NCBI GenBank assembly: GCA_050246315.1
Contig: JBFWWG010000006.1
Coordinates: 96,001-160,000 of the forward strand
Length of the DNA stretch: 64,000 nucleotides
From: Nitrospiraceae bacterium
GTDB taxonomy: Bacteria; Nitrospirota; Nitrospiria; Nitrospirales; Nitrospiraceae
Direction of reading: 5' to 3'
Every line of letters starts with the position of its first letter. Position 1 is the first letter of the stretch. Shown piece after piece: positions 39,021 through 49,839 of the stretch. Under the pieces are notes generated by a model, which had not been told where the DNA came from, made no database searches, and saw only the letters and a list, made by a program, of their open reading frames with translations. The position numbers and the translations under genes are program-made.

Positions 39021-39776
39021 TTATCTGATCGTCCGGCCTCCATCAATCGCAAAGGTGGCTCCGGTCACCCAGGTGGCTTCGTCGGAGGCCAGGTACACCA
39101 ACATGTTTGCAATCTCCTCCGGTCGGCCCGGGCGCCGTAGCAGGTACTCGCCCAGGACCTGCGCTGCCCGCTCCTTGTCCTGGAGGAGGCTTGTCGCCAT
39201 CGGCGTATCGACCAGGCCTGGATTTACCACATTGCACCGGATGTTTTGTTCGGCATATTCCGCGGCGAGCGCCCGCGACAGCGCATCGAGTGCCCCCTTC
39301 GTGGCCGCGTACGCTGTTCCGTAGGGGATGCCTACCAGGCTCGCAATGGATGAGACATTGATGATGCTTCCGCCGCCGCCGGCAATCATCTCGGGAATCG
39401 CGGCTCTTGTGAATCGAAACACGCCGGTCAGGTTGACGTCGATCAACTGATCCCACGTGGCATCGTCGGTTTCGTGCAGCTTCTTGCCGAAGGCCCCGAT
39501 ACCCGCATTGTTCACGAGGCAATCGAGCCTTCCGAATCGCCGCAGGGTCTGGCTGACTGTTTCACGGGCATGGGCCTCATCGGTCACCGAGCCGGCCACT
39601 GCCAACACCAGCCCGCCTGCCTGTTCCAGATCACGCGTCACCCGGTCCAACTCCTCCTTCCGACGTCCTGTGATCGTCACCGCCGCCCCTTCCCTGACGA
39701 AGACCCTGGCAACGGCCTCACCGATCCCCGCGTTGCCGCCGGTGATGATTGCGACCTTGCCGTCGAGCCGCTTCAC
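39021..39776 (-). CDS. SDR-family oxidoreductase
   Basis: TGGNAGIG, NNAG, YAATK, PG.VDT. Confidence 0.93.
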   Translation of the reverse strand: MKRLDGKVAIITGGNAGIGEAVARVFVREGAAVTITGRRKEELDRVTRDLEQAGGLVLAVAGSVTDEAHARETVSQTLRRFGRLDCLVNNAGIGAFGKKLHETDDATWDQLIDVNLTGVFRFTRAAIPEMIAGGGGSIINVSSIASLVGIPYGTAYAATKGALDALSRALAAEYAEQNIRCNVVNPGLVDTPMATSLLQDKERAAQVLGEYLLRRPGRPEEIANMLVYLASDEATWVTGATFAIDGGRTIR

Positions 39777-40675
39777 GGCTGTGCTTCCTCCTGCTCATCC
39801 TCGTCATCGTGATTCGTCGGCGACGCATTGTCGGCATCGAGCTGCTCCGGATTCGACGACCCTGTGGCTCCGGATCGAGTCTCCAACAGCGCTTCAACCT
39901 TACGCGCCACCGTGATGAACCCGGAATGCGCCACCATGCGGTGGTCGGGACGAACGCTCCGGCCCTGAATGTTCCAGGTACGCAACAAGGTTTCAAAAGT
40001 CTGAATCATGCCGAATACGGCGGCCCGTTCCAATGCCTCCACCGTCTGCATGACTTGAGGCACCGTCGGCACATAACTCGCGTACACTCCACCCGATCGC
40101 AGCACAGAGACCGCGTGTGGAACAACACGCCAGGGCTCCGGCAAATCCAGCACCATGCGATCGAACTGGTCTTCGCCGGGAGTGAGGAGAATCCCCTCGT
40201 AGACATCGCGCCGCGCTTGGAGCAGATTGGGGACTTCCCCCATATACCGCCGGATGTTGGCGGCCGCAGTTCGCGCAAAGTCTTCGCGGGCTTCATACGT
40301 CACCACACTACCTCGGTGCCCAACCGCTCGCAGCAGCGCCATCGTCAGGGCGCCCGATCCGGTGCCGGCTTCGAAGACCCTGGCACCGGGGTAGATGTCG
40401 GCCCAAACCGTAATCATGGCCAGGTCTTTCGGATAAATCACCTGGGCGCCTCGGGGCATTTTCAGCACATACTCTCCGAGGGTCGGACGCACGGCCAGCA
40501 TGCGGCGGCCGCGGGCGAGAGTCACGATGGTGCCGTCCGGTCGTCCGATTATCGCGTCATGGGCAATGGTTTCGCCGCTCAATTGAAAGGTCTCGCCCGC
40601 CTTGAGCGTAAAAGCATAGTGGCGGGCTTTCCGGTCGACCAGATGTATCCGGTCGCCGCTCTGTAAGGTCACCAT
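39773..40675 (-). CDS. trmI: tRNA (adenine-58-N1)-methyltransferase
   Basis: MPRGAQVIYPKD, EAGTGSGAL, LDLPEPW, RPDHRMVAHSGF. Confidence 0.93.
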   Translation of the reverse strand: MVTLQSGDRIHLVDRKARHYAFTLKAGETFQLSGETIAHDAIIGRPDGTIVTLARGRRMLAVRPTLGEYVLKMPRGAQVIYPKDLAMITVWADIYPGARVFEAGTGSGALTMALLRAVGHRGSVVTYEAREDFARTAAANIRRYMGEVPNLLQARRDVYEGILLTPGEDQFDRMVLDLPEPWRVVPHAVSVLRSGGVYASYVPTVPQVMQTVEALERAAVFGMIQTFETLLRTWNIQGRSVRPDHRMVAHSGFITVARKVEALLETRSGATGSSNPEQLDADNASPTNHDDEDEQEEAQP

Positions 40676-40776
40676 GTCGCCTCCGCGATGATCACGATCG
40701 CCAGATCCTCTGGGGAGGCATTCTAGGAGACGGCTCTCGGCCATTGCAACCGGAGGAGACCTTGTCGGCCGCTTCC

Positions 40777-40805
40777 TTGACAGGCCTGTGAGGGCCTCGT
40801 AAGAT
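40777..40805 (+). promoter_or_regulatory. sigma70 promoter for nfeD
   Basis: TTGACA-17bp-TAAGAT. Confidence 0.65.
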
Positions 40806-40872
40806 TTTCTCCTGAGTTCAGTCCCATGTGTCTCGCCACTCGCCCGTGTCTTTGCAGGAAGGTTTTCCGAGC

Positions 40873-42231
40873 ATGATGCGCCAAGCACATCCAGGTTGCG
40901 CCCGGACACCACCTGTGCTGGCGCGGAGGGCGGGTTTGCGGTGCCTGCTCCTGACCTCGTGGGTCTGGTGCTGGCTGCTCACCCCTGGTGTAGCCACGGC
41001 GACCCCCCAGGTCGTCGTGGCTTCCTATGACGGAGTGATCAACCCCGTGGCGGCGGAATACGTGCGTGACGCGCTCGACCATGCTTCGGCTGTCCAGGCG
41101 CAGGCGCTGGTGCTCCAACTCGATACACCAGGCGGCCTTGACACATCCATGCGCTCCATGATCAAGGACTTTACGGCTTCGACCATGCCGGTCGTCGTCT
41201 ACGTCGCTCCATCCGGAGGTCGGGCCGCGTCGGCCGGCGTCTTTCTCACGTTGGCCGCCCATGTCGCCGCCATGGCCCCGGGCACGAATATCGGCGCCGC
41301 CCATCCGGTCGCGATGGGGGGCGGTGAGATGGATAAGACCATGAAGGAGAAGGTGGAGAACGATTCGGCTGCTTACATCAAGTCCCTGGCCGAACAACAT
41401 GGGCGCAACGCGAAATGGGCGGAGGAGGCGGTCCGAAAGAGTGTATCCGTGACCGAAAAGGAGGCGCTCTCCCTGAAGATCATCGATCTGGTGGCCGAGG
41501 ATCTTCCGACTCTCCTCACAGCGCTCGACGGACGATCGGTCATGCTGGGCAACCGGAAGGTGACACTCCACACGGCACAGGCACCCTTGGAGCCCTTTCC
41601 CATGAGCCTCCGGCTGCACATCCTCAAGACTCTCAGCGATCCGAACATCGCCTACATTCTCATGACTTTAGGCACAGTCGGGCTCCTCGCGGAACTCTAC
41701 AACCCCGGCGCGATCCTCCCCGGCGTCGTGGGAGCGATCAGCTTGATCCTGGCCTTTTATTCCTTTCAGTCCCTCCCGGTGAATTATGCCGGCATCTTGT
41801 TGATTCTCTTAGGGATCGTGTTTTTCATCCTGGAGGCGTTGGTCGTGAGTTTCGGGGTCTTGGCCATCGGAGGTGTGACGGCCATGGTGCTGGGGTCGTT
41901 GATGCTCATGAAGACCGATGCGGAGTTTCTCCAAATCTCCTGGTCAGTCATCATTCCGGTTGTGGCGGCCGTCGCCAGCCTCTCATTGTTCATCGTCGGG
42001 GTCGGCCTCCGGGCCTTGCGGCGCAAGCCCATGACCGGGCTTGAAGAAATGATCGGCCTCGTCGGGGAGGCCAAAACGACGGTGGCGCCCCGCGGCCAGA
42101 TCGCGATCCGCGGCGAACTCTGGGATGCTGTCAGCGATGTGCCGCTTCAACCGGGCGACACCGCCGAAGTTACACGCGTGGAGGGGTTGCGCCTCTACGT
42201 CAAACCGGTTCTCCGGAGAAAAGAGGCCTAA
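40873..42231 (+). CDS. nfeD: Long-form NfeD (ClpP-like membrane protease)
   Basis: [24 protein letters not shown] bundle, G.V.IRGELW OB domain; start uncertain. Confidence 0.92.
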   Translation: MMRQAHPGCARTPPVLARRAGLRCLLLTSWVWCWLLTPGVATATPQVVVASYDGVINPVAAEYVRDALDHASAVQAQALVLQLDTPGGLDTSMRSMIKDFTASTMPVVVYVAPSGGRAASAGVFLTLAAHVAAMAPGTNIGAAHPVAMGGGEMDKTMKEKVENDSAAYIKSLAEQHGRNAKWAEEAVRKSVSVTEKEALSLKIIDLVAEDLPTLLTALDGRSVMLGNRKVTLHTAQAPLEPFPMSLRLHILKTLSDPNIAYILMTLGTVGLLAELYNPGAILPGVVGAISLILAFYSFQSLPVNYAGILLILLGIVFFILEALVVSFGVLAIGGVTAMVLGSLMLMKTDAEFLQISWSVIIPVVAAVASLSLFIVGVGLRALRRKPMTGLEEMIGLVGEAKTTVAPRGQIAIRGELWDAVSDVPLQPGDTAEVTRVEGLRLYVKPVLRRKEA

Positions 42232-42233
42232 CG

Positions 42234-43007
42234 ATGGGACTGACAGGGTTAGTGCTGGTCCTCTTGTTCTTTTTGCTCATTGCCAAGCTCACATTCAATG
42301 TCCTGCCGGAATACGAGCGAGCCGTCATATTCCGACTTGGTCGCCTCTCACAGGGCCTGGTCGGGGGCAACGGACCGGGACTAGTCGTCATCCTGCCCTT
42401 CATCGATCGACTGGTTCGTATCAGTCTCCGAACCGTTGTCATGGATGTCCCGCAGCAAGACGTGATCACCAAGGACAACGTCACGGTCAAAGTCAACGCC
42501 GTCATTTACTTCCGAGTTGTTGATCCGGAACGCGCCGTCATTCAGGTGGAGGATTACTTCACGGCCACTTCCATGATGTCTCAAACGACACTGCGGAGCG
42601 TCCTGGGCCAATCTCAGCTTGACGAATTGCTGTCCAAGCGCGAGGAGATCAACGCGAACCTGCAACAGATCATCGACCAACAAACCGAACCCTGGGGGAT
42701 CAAGGTGACCGCCGTGGAGGTGAAGAACGTCGATCTTCCTCAAGAAATGCAACGGGCCATCGCGCGGCAGGCGGAGGCGGAGCGGGAGAGACGGGCAAAA
42801 ATCATTCACGCCGAAGGGGAGTTTCAAGCCGCACAACGCTTGGCCGATGCGGCCAGAGTCATCAGCCAGGAACCGGCAACGTTGCAACTGCGGTACCTCC
42901 AAACACTCGTGGAAATCGCCACGGAGAAAAACTCCACCATCATCTTTCCGATCCCCGTCGATACCCTCGCCCCTTTCCTCAAGTACCTGCCGGATCGCAA
43001 ACCCTGA
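42234..43007 (+). CDS. SPFH/slipin (stomatin-like) protein
   Basis: [40 protein letters not shown]. Confidence 0.94.
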   Translation: MGLTGLVLVLLFFLLIAKLTFNVLPEYERAVIFRLGRLSQGLVGGNGPGLVVILPFIDRLVRISLRTVVMDVPQQDVITKDNVTVKVNAVIYFRVVDPERAVIQVEDYFTATSMMSQTTLRSVLGQSQLDELLSKREEINANLQQIIDQQTEPWGIKVTAVEVKNVDLPQEMQRAIARQAEAERERRAKIIHAEGEFQAAQRLADAARVISQEPATLQLRYLQTLVEIATEKNSTIIFPIPVDTLAPFLKYLPDRKP

Positions 43008-43397
43008 TTGACGTGCTCCACCCGCGCGTCCCCAGACTCTACTCCACCTTCCTCTGCCATGGGTGGGAAGCTATCAAGCCATCACGCGCACCGGTTTGTC
43101 GTTCGTCATCCTTTGTTTATTAGCGTCTTCTAATCAAATTCTAATCCCCACCTTACCATCCTGTGGCAAGGTTGCGACAACAACTGTGGCACCTATGCAT
43201 CGCAGCCGGAGCAACATCCCGCTCGGGTTCTGCGCTCGTAGAAAGGGCGGGGGCTGCGGGTGATCGAGGGAGGTGCGAGCGGAATCCAAATGAATCGTTT
43301 GACGAACTTCTACCTCTAAGAGTAATGCAAGAAGGAGCAGACGCGTAACCATTCGGCGAGTCGATATGAGACGATCGGCTCCTGGGAGGAGGGCACG

Positions 43398-44669
43398 GTG
43401 ATTGCAGATCGATTAGGCATCATGACAATTCACAAACAGCAGACCAGCGCAACTGTTCCGGTCGATATCGAGCAGGACGATCGCGTCGCCAGCGAAATGC
43501 TCGAGGTCATTGCACAAGATAATCAACAGTCCGCCCTCACGCCTCCGGGCGAACAAAGGCCGGGAGAGAAGCGGTCGGTGCTCGGCGATCGCTCGATGGA
43601 ATTGGAGTCGGTTTATTTCCGTTCGTTCGGTCCACGCCCCCTTCTGACGAAAGCGGAAGAAGTGGCCTTGGCGCGCCGGACCGACGAAGGGACCCGCCTG
43701 ATTCGAGCCGCCCTCCGAGAGGCGGTGCAGGTCGCTTCCCGGACCAAGAAATCTCCGGATACAGCACACCTCATCGCGACCCTCGACGAAACCCGAAAGC
43801 TGAGCGGGTTCTCGGCTCCGGTATTGGATCGCACAGAAACGACCGTGCGGGCGCTTCAGGACCTGGTGGAGAAACAGGGGAAGGTCGGCGTGACGACAGC
43901 GAAGCGGCTTTGCGCATGTCTCGCTCAAATCCGGCAGGGCCGCATCACCCTGGAGCAGGCGAAGGACGAACTAGTCCGATGCAATCTTAGACTGGTAGTG
44001 GACGTGGCGAAACATTACACCAATCGGGGGCTGGGGCTGCTCGACCTTGTCCAGGAGGGCAATATCGGCTTGATGAAAGCGGCCGAGCGATTCGAGTTCC
44101 GAAAAGGCTTCAAGTTCAGCACCTATGCGACTTGGTGGATTAGGCAAGGCATCACGCGCGCACTGGCTGATCAATCCAGGACCATCCGAGTGCCGGTCCA
44201 CCAGACAGAGGCGTCCAACCGTATCCTCCGCACATCACGCCGCTTGGGGCAACAGCTCGGACGTCCGGCCAGACTGGAGGAGGTCGCCCACAACCTGCGC
44301 ATGCGAACCGACAAGCTTCAGGAAACGATGTTGGTCTTTCAGGAACCGATAGCTCTGGAGCATCCAGTAGGCGACGGTGAAACGCAGTTCGGTGAATTGC
44401 TCGCGGACCAGAATATCGTCCCGCCGGATTCTCACGTCAACCGATCCGAACGGACGCGCGAGTTGGACCGCATCCTCTGCACATTGACGCCCCGCGAGCA
44501 GCTTGTGATCCGGATGCGGTTCGGCATCGGACAGGACCAGCCCCGAACACTGGAACAGGTCGGGCATCAGCTCTCGGTCACACGCGAACGGATCCGGCAG
44601 ATCGAAGCGAAGGCGCTCAAGAAACTCAAGAGTCCGGAGGTCCGCGAGATGCTGACCGCGATTCGTTGA
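43398..44669 (+). CDS. sigma70-family factor (RpoD/RpoS-like, no region 1.1)
   Basis: NLRLVV..AK.Y, DLVQEGNIGL, KFSTYATWWIRQ, TRERIRQIE. Confidence 0.93.
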   Translation: MIADRLGIMTIHKQQTSATVPVDIEQDDRVASEMLEVIAQDNQQSALTPPGEQRPGEKRSVLGDRSMELESVYFRSFGPRPLLTKAEEVALARRTDEGTRLIRAALREAVQVASRTKKSPDTAHLIATLDETRKLSGFSAPVLDRTETTVRALQDLVEKQGKVGVTTAKRLCACLAQIRQGRITLEQAKDELVRCNLRLVVDVAKHYTNRGLGLLDLVQEGNIGLMKAAERFEFRKGFKFSTYATWWIRQGITRALADQSRTIRVPVHQTEASNRILRTSRRLGQQLGRPARLEEVAHNLRMRTDKLQETMLVFQEPIALEHPVGDGETQFGELLADQNIVPPDSHVNRSERTRELDRILCTLTPREQLVIRMRFGIGQDQPRTLEQVGHQLSVTRERIRQIEAKALKKLKSPEVREMLTAIR

Positions 44670-44743
44670 CCTTCCACCATCCCTGTGCGGCATGCGCAGC
44701 GGCGATGCCGCGGTAGAGACCAGGCAGAGGCACGAAGAGGATC

Positions 44744-44786
44744 AGGCGGGCGGGTGATGCGGCCGCGTCACCCGCCCGCCTTTTTT
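44744..44786 (+). terminator. Intrinsic terminator
   Basis: GGCGGGCGGGTGATGC-GGCC-GCGTCACCCGCCCGCC then T6. Confidence 0.85.
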
Positions 44787-44854
44787 GCTCCATCCACTTG
44801 GGTCATTTCTCGCAAATGTGAGAGAATATCGGCATCCATAGGAGAGGGCCTTGT

Positions 44855-45901
44855 ATGTTTCTTCGCCTGAGTCAGTTCTGTACCCTACTCTGCACGTTGC
44901 TCCTCGGTTTTCTGTCGTTGGACGACGCTGCCCGCGCTACTTCCCCGCTCCCCGCACCTGAGAAGCCCCTGTCCGTACCGGCTGTGGTGTCCAGCGTTCG
45001 CCCCTCAGTGGTCACCATCATGTCGCGCGGGGTCGCACCGAGTCCGGCCCCCCATACAACCTCCGCGGGATCTGGCTCCGGCATCATCATCGATGCCGCC
45101 GGTTACATTCTTACGAACAACCACTTGGTGGAGGGAGTGAAGAGCGTCGTAGTCGGTCTCTCAACAGGACGGTTGACGCCGGGACGTGTGGTCGCCCGCG
45201 ACTTCCTGCTGGATCTCGCCCTGGTTCGGATCAACGCCACCGAACTGGTTCCCGCGCGTCTGAGCGAAGGTCCGGCGCTGGAGATCGGGGAAACCGTGGT
45301 CGCCATCGGCAATCCGCTGGCGCTCAAGGGAGGATCGAGCGTCACGGTCGGGGTCGTCAGCGCATTGGATCGGGCCGTCTTGGCGCCAAACGGGGAAACC
45401 CTCTATGACTTGATCCAGACCGATGCCGCCATCAATCCAGGCAGCAGCGGAGGCCCTCTGGTAGATCTGTCGGGGCGGGTCGTGGGCATCAGCGTCGCCG
45501 TGGCCCCATCCGCCCAAGCCATCAGCTACGCCATTTCAATGGGCGCCGTGTATCCTCACCTCCAATCCATGCTGGTGCGCGGGACGATCATGCGCCCAGA
45601 CTTAGGTTTCATCCCGGTCACCGTGACCCCCAGCATCGCCGCTAGCTTCGGCCTCGAAGCCGACCGGGGCATTCTGGTTGCGCATGTGGACCCGGATAAG
45701 GCCGCGGCCGTGGCTGGCCTCAAGATGGGGGATGTGATCACGGCTATCGACAACCATGCGATTTACAACCTGGGAGACTTCTGGCATGCGTATCTGTCGA
45801 CGCGTGATCACAATCCCGCGCAACTCACTCTTCAAGGCAGGCCGGGACAGGAGACGATTCCTTTGCCACGCATGAATGGCGGCGCTCGTCCGAGCCCATG
45901 A
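44855..45901 (+). CDS. HtrA/DegS-like serine protease with one PDZ domain
   Basis: GSGII, TNNHLV, DLAL, QTDAAINPGSSGG. Confidence 0.92.
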   Translation: MFLRLSQFCTLLCTLLLGFLSLDDAARATSPLPAPEKPLSVPAVVSSVRPSVVTIMSRGVAPSPAPHTTSAGSGSGIIIDAAGYILTNNHLVEGVKSVVVGLSTGRLTPGRVVARDFLLDLALVRINATELVPARLSEGPALEIGETVVAIGNPLALKGGSSVTVGVVSALDRAVLAPNGETLYDLIQTDAAINPGSSGGPLVDLSGRVVGISVAVAPSAQAISYAISMGAVYPHLQSMLVRGTIMRPDLGFIPVTVTPSIAASFGLEADRGILVAHVDPDKAAAVAGLKMGDVITAIDNHAIYNLGDFWHAYLSTRDHNPAQLTLQGRPGQETIPLPRMNGGARPSP

Positions 45902-46695
45902 TGCCCGGAGCCATGCCGCGACCGCTGCGATCTGTACGGACCATGACCAACCCCATAAACGCGCGCTCCGCTACCGAGCAAGGGTCCGCCTCACGTGCGG
46001 CGCTGCTCGTCACGCCGGGCCGGCTCCCGTACGACATGGTCTGGCAGACCCAACGGGCGTGGGTGGAGCATCGTCTGCGTGATCGCCATCCAGATGCCCT
46101 ATTGTTACTGGAGCACGACCCAATCATCACGATGGGACGCCGCACGACCTCACAACACCGGGAAGAGGCTGCACGGGTGATCGCCGCCCACGACATCCCA
46201 CTTTTGGAAGTCGATCGCGGCGGGTCCATCACCTATCACGGACCGGGACAACTCGTAGCCTATCCGATCGTCCGTCTCGCACCCCCCTGCTACGGACCCA
46301 AGGCCTATGTCGCGCGGCTAGAAACGATCGTGATCCGGACGCTCGCCGAATGGGGCATTGAGGGTTTTCTGCGCCCAGGCCTGCATGGAGTCTGGGTCAG
46401 TCCGTCCCATCCCCTCAAGATCGCCTCGATCGGCGTCCGGATCGTCAAGGGCGTGACCATGCATGGTCTGGCGCTCAACGTCTCGATGGATCTCACACCT
46501 TTTCGCTGGATCACCCCTTGCGGGGTCGACGGCTGCAAAGTAACGTCTATGGCGGAACTGTTGGGGCGCGCCATGGTGGTCAACGATGTGCGCACCCGGC
46601 TGGCCCATTGGTTTGCCGTCCTGTTTCAGTGGACCTGGTTGGAACACCGGTGGACCTTGCATTCACCCCTGGAGAGGCTCTGTCATGCAGAATGA
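45898..46695 (+). CDS. lipB: Octanoyltransferase
   Basis: LEH....GR, DRGG.ITYHGPGQ, KIASIG, HGLALN, ITPCG. Confidence 0.94.
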   Translation: MMPGAMPRPLRSVRTMTNPINARSATEQGSASRAALLVTPGRLPYDMVWQTQRAWVEHRLRDRHPDALLLLEHDPIITMGRRTTSQHREEAARVIAAHDIPLLEVDRGGSITYHGPGQLVAYPIVRLAPPCYGPKAYVARLETIVIRTLAEWGIEGFLRPGLHGVWVSPSHPLKIASIGVRIVKGVTMHGLALNVSMDLTPFRWITPCGVDGCKVTSMAELLGRAMVVNDVRTRLAHWFAVLFQWTWLEHRWTLHSPLERLCHAE

Positions 46696-47944
46696 ACTCG
46701 ATACGCCCGCCTTGCGATTGGCGGTGGCGCAATTTGATGAAGCAGCAAGGCGCATGAACTTGGACGGCAATCTGCACCAGCGGCTGAAACTGCCTCAACG
46801 TTCTCTGATGGTCAGTATTCCGGTGCGGATGGATGGCGGCCACGTGGAGGTATTCACGGGCTATCGGGTCCACCATGACATGTCCCGAGGCCCGTGCAAA
46901 GGCGGCATCCGCTATCATCCGGGCGTCACGCTTGGAGAGGTTGCGGCCCTGGCCATGTGGATGACCTGGAAGTGCGCGCTGGCCGGTTTGCCCTACGGAG
47001 GCGCCAAGGGAGGCGTGAGGGTCAATCCCAAAGCGCTCTCCCGCGACGAGCTACAGCGCATGACTCGCCGCTATGCGGCGGAGATTTTTCCACTCATCGG
47101 GCCGGATCGCGACGTGCCGGCGCCGGACGTCGGCACAGATGCCCAGGTGATGGCCTGGATCATGGACACCTACAGTCAGCAGGTCGGCTATGCGTCACCC
47201 GGAGTGGTGACCGGGAAGCCGCTCTCGATCGGGGGGTCTCTCGGGCGAGAGGACGCGACCGGACGCGGAGTGGTGGATGTGACGCTCGCCGCCATGCGAC
47301 ACCTGCGGCTAGACCCGTCCCAGGCTACCGTTGCGGTGCAGGGATTCGGCAACGTCGGCTCGCACACAGCCCGCATTATGCAAGAGGCCGGCTTCAAGGT
47401 CGTGGCGGTCAGCGACGTCAACGGCGGGATATACAATTCGAAGGGCCTGGACATTCCGGACATTCTCAAACGTTACCGAGAGGAAGGCACGCCCCTTGGA
47501 AAGGTCCAGACCGGTGACCGGATCAGCAACGAAAACCTGCTACAACTGCCCTGCACCGTCTTGGTGCCGGCAGCCCTCTCGGAACAGATCACCGAGAAGA
47601 ACGCGGACAAACTCCGATGCCGTATTCTCGCCGAAGGCGCCAACGGCCCGACGACCATGGAGGCAGACGCCATCCTGGCAGAGAAGGGCACGTTCGTCAT
47701 TCCCGATATCCTAGCGAATTCCGGCGGCGTCATCGTCTCGTATTTTGAATGGGTGCAGGATGCCCAACGATTCGAGTGGAAGTCCAAAGACATTCAAGAG
47801 CGGTTACACGACATCATTACCACCGCCTTTGGCAGGACCTTGGCCTTCGCGACGGAACACAAGACGACCATGCGAATGGCCGCCTTGATGGGCGGCATCG
47901 AGAAGGTCGCACAAGCACATCTCCACCGCGGGCTCTATCCGTAA
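46685..47944 (+). CDS. gdhA: Glu/Leu/Phe/Val (glutamate) dehydrogenase
   Basis: KGGIRYHP, GGAKGG, DVPAPD, GFGNVG, EGANGP, VSYFEW. Confidence 0.9.
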   Translation: MQNELDTPALRLAVAQFDEAARRMNLDGNLHQRLKLPQRSLMVSIPVRMDGGHVEVFTGYRVHHDMSRGPCKGGIRYHPGVTLGEVAALAMWMTWKCALAGLPYGGAKGGVRVNPKALSRDELQRMTRRYAAEIFPLIGPDRDVPAPDVGTDAQVMAWIMDTYSQQVGYASPGVVTGKPLSIGGSLGREDATGRGVVDVTLAAMRHLRLDPSQATVAVQGFGNVGSHTARIMQEAGFKVVAVSDVNGGIYNSKGLDIPDILKRYREEGTPLGKVQTGDRISNENLLQLPCTVLVPAALSEQITEKNADKLRCRILAEGANGPTTMEADAILAEKGTFVIPDILANSGGVIVSYFEWVQDAQRFEWKSKDIQERLHDIITTAFGRTLAFATEHKTTMRMAALMGGIEKVAQAHLHRGLYP

Positions 47945-47976
47945 CCGGCGGGACGAGGCCGACCGGATGATCGCAC

Positions 47977-48375
47977 ATGCTGCACGGGATCCTGACCTTG
48001 CTGGCGGTGACCTGGGCCATCGATGGGCTCGCACTCGTGTTCTCGCCTCGGACTGTGATAGAACTCCTGCGCAACTACCTCGATCGAGACACTGGTCCCT
48101 CACGCTGGTGGGGGCTCACCGGTCTCATGGGCATGGCCTTGCTGGTACTCCCAGACATGTTTCGCTTCCAACCGCTCTGGCTGCTTGTCGGCGGAGTGAT
48201 GGTCCTGAAGGGCCTCTTCATCGGGTTGGCTCCTGAGACGTGGCGGAAGCCTGCGGTTGCGTGGAGCCTCTCCAGAGAGGAGGTGGACTATCGTCTCTGG
48301 GGACTGGCTCTCTGCACGTTCGCTCTGCTGCTGGGCAAGGGACTGGGCGCATTTGGATCACAGCCGGCGCCGTAA
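47977..48375 (+). CDS. Membrane protein (DUF2065-like)
   Basis: Four hydrophobic segments. Confidence 0.65.
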   Translation: MLHGILTLLAVTWAIDGLALVFSPRTVIELLRNYLDRDTGPSRWWGLTGLMGMALLVLPDMFRFQPLWLLVGGVMVLKGLFIGLAPETWRKPAVAWSLSREEVDYRLWGLALCTFALLLGKGLGAFGSQPAP

Positions 48376-48407
48376 ACTGTAGCCGTATGAACCCTAACGC
48401 AAGCCCA

Positions 48408-48686
48408 ATGGATGAATTCACCAGACTCTGGGAGACACACCGCGACAGCGAATGGCCGAAGTTCATCAGCGCCGATCAGGGCGAACTGATGACCCTCGAT
48501 ACCGTGATCAGCGGCTGCGTTACCTGTTACCTGGACACCCCAGCGGGACTCGATCCTCAGCGTCGCGTGATCCTCCTCCAGTGTCTCGATGACCTCCAGA
48601 CGCTGCTGCCTCGTATTCCGGATGAGGCGACCGACTATTTCATCCGACTCCACCGACTCGCCCGGCTCTTGCATCAGGCCTCTTAG
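48408..48686 (+). CDS. Hypothetical protein
   Basis: Helical protein-like sequence; start 48387 or 48408. Confidence 0.65.
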   Translation: MDEFTRLWETHRDSEWPKFISADQGELMTLDTVISGCVTCYLDTPAGLDPQRRVILLQCLDDLQTLLPRIPDEATDYFIRLHRLARLLHQAS

Positions 48687-48987
48687 CCCCCATTACTCAC
48701 TAGAGTTCGTCACGAAACGACGGGGATGCGACGCGTGGCACCCATTGCATCGGAGGAGCAATGGATCCCCCGTGCGGAGCCGCGAGGTCCCGAGGCATAC
48801 GTGCAACAGTATGTCGAGGGGGTGAGCGGCGAGTCCGCCCGCCATACCGCACTTCGTGTGAACCGGCGGCTCGTCGGGCTGAGCCCCTCTTCATTGTCCC
48901 GCCGGAGAAATCCCTTCGACTGGCCAGGCTTGTCGCTGGGGCGGATACGCAGTTGCAGTAGAATCGTTCATGAATAACGCGGATTAG
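48683..48987. mobile_element. MITE family A, long copy
   Basis: TTAGCCCCCATTACTCAC ... TCATGAATAACGCGGATTAG; starts in upstream TAG stop. Confidence 0.75.
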
Positions 48988-49094
48988 CCCGCATTCCTCA
49001 TGACACTTCGTGACGCTCCAGCCGTTGCATGACGTAACCCGTAACGGGTCGCATGGCGGGTGCAGGAGAAGCGGTCATGAAGGATGTGGGCTCG
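48984..49094. mobile_element. MITE family A, short copy in tandem
   Basis: TTAGCCCGCATTCCTCATGA ... TCATGAAGGATGTGGGCTCG; shares TTAG with previous copy. Confidence 0.7.
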
Positions 49095-49262
49095 TCCCGC
49101 TGCGACATCGATGAGATTCAGTTTGAGAGCTGGTTCGTGCCCCCGTTCTTGCAACGACCGGACCCCTCCGCTAGAATGCGCCGATTGTGCCGGCCTGAAG
49201 CCGGCCTTGTGACAAGACCATCTACTGTTGACCGTTTGAGTGTCGAGATGAGGGAGGTTGCT

Positions 49263-49796
49263 ATGCGCGCTTGGGTCCGATTTCTGGCATGTTCCGCGGT
49301 GGTAGCCACCAGCCTCTTCGGTGCAGCGGCCTGGACGCTCGCCGAACCCTATGAATTGACCAAGCAGGATCTGATGGACCCGGCGCAAATCAAAAGTACG
49401 GACGTCTCTCTCTTCGGCGTCAAGCTTGGAGATTCCGAAGGCAAGGCTCTGGATATGTTGCTGAATGAAAAGATCCAGGGAGTCAAGGCCGAGCAGGAAG
49501 GCACCTTCATCCTGCTGTACGATCAGCGCAAGCCGATCGGCGCGATGGCGGGCGTCCGGGTGATGGACGGCAAAGTCGATATGTTGTTCATCAACAACCG
49601 GTTCGCCTTTAAGACTCGGGGCATCTTCCGCAACGTGTTGAACAGCGAAAGCTCGGAGGACGTACGGCGCCACCTCGGAAAGGAAACCTCCGGCGACGAG
49701 AATGTGATGGGGGCCAGGCTAGCCTACGATCAGCAGGGCTTCGAAGTGAACTATCTTGGCAAGGATGTGAACGTCGAGTTCATCATGCCGCGGTGA
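49263..49796 (+). CDS. Exported hypothetical protein
   Basis: GGGAGG RBS, signal peptide, FGVKLGDS. Confidence 0.75.
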   Translation: MRAWVRFLACSAVVATSLFGAAAWTLAEPYELTKQDLMDPAQIKSTDVSLFGVKLGDSEGKALDMLLNEKIQGVKAEQEGTFILLYDQRKPIGAMAGVRVMDGKVDMLFINNRFAFKTRGIFRNVLNSESSEDVRRHLGKETSGDENVMGARLAYDQQGFEVNYLGKDVNVEFIMPR

Positions 49797-49839
49797 TCCG
49801 TTCCCTCGGGCGGTCCGACGGGCGACCGTCCGGACGAGT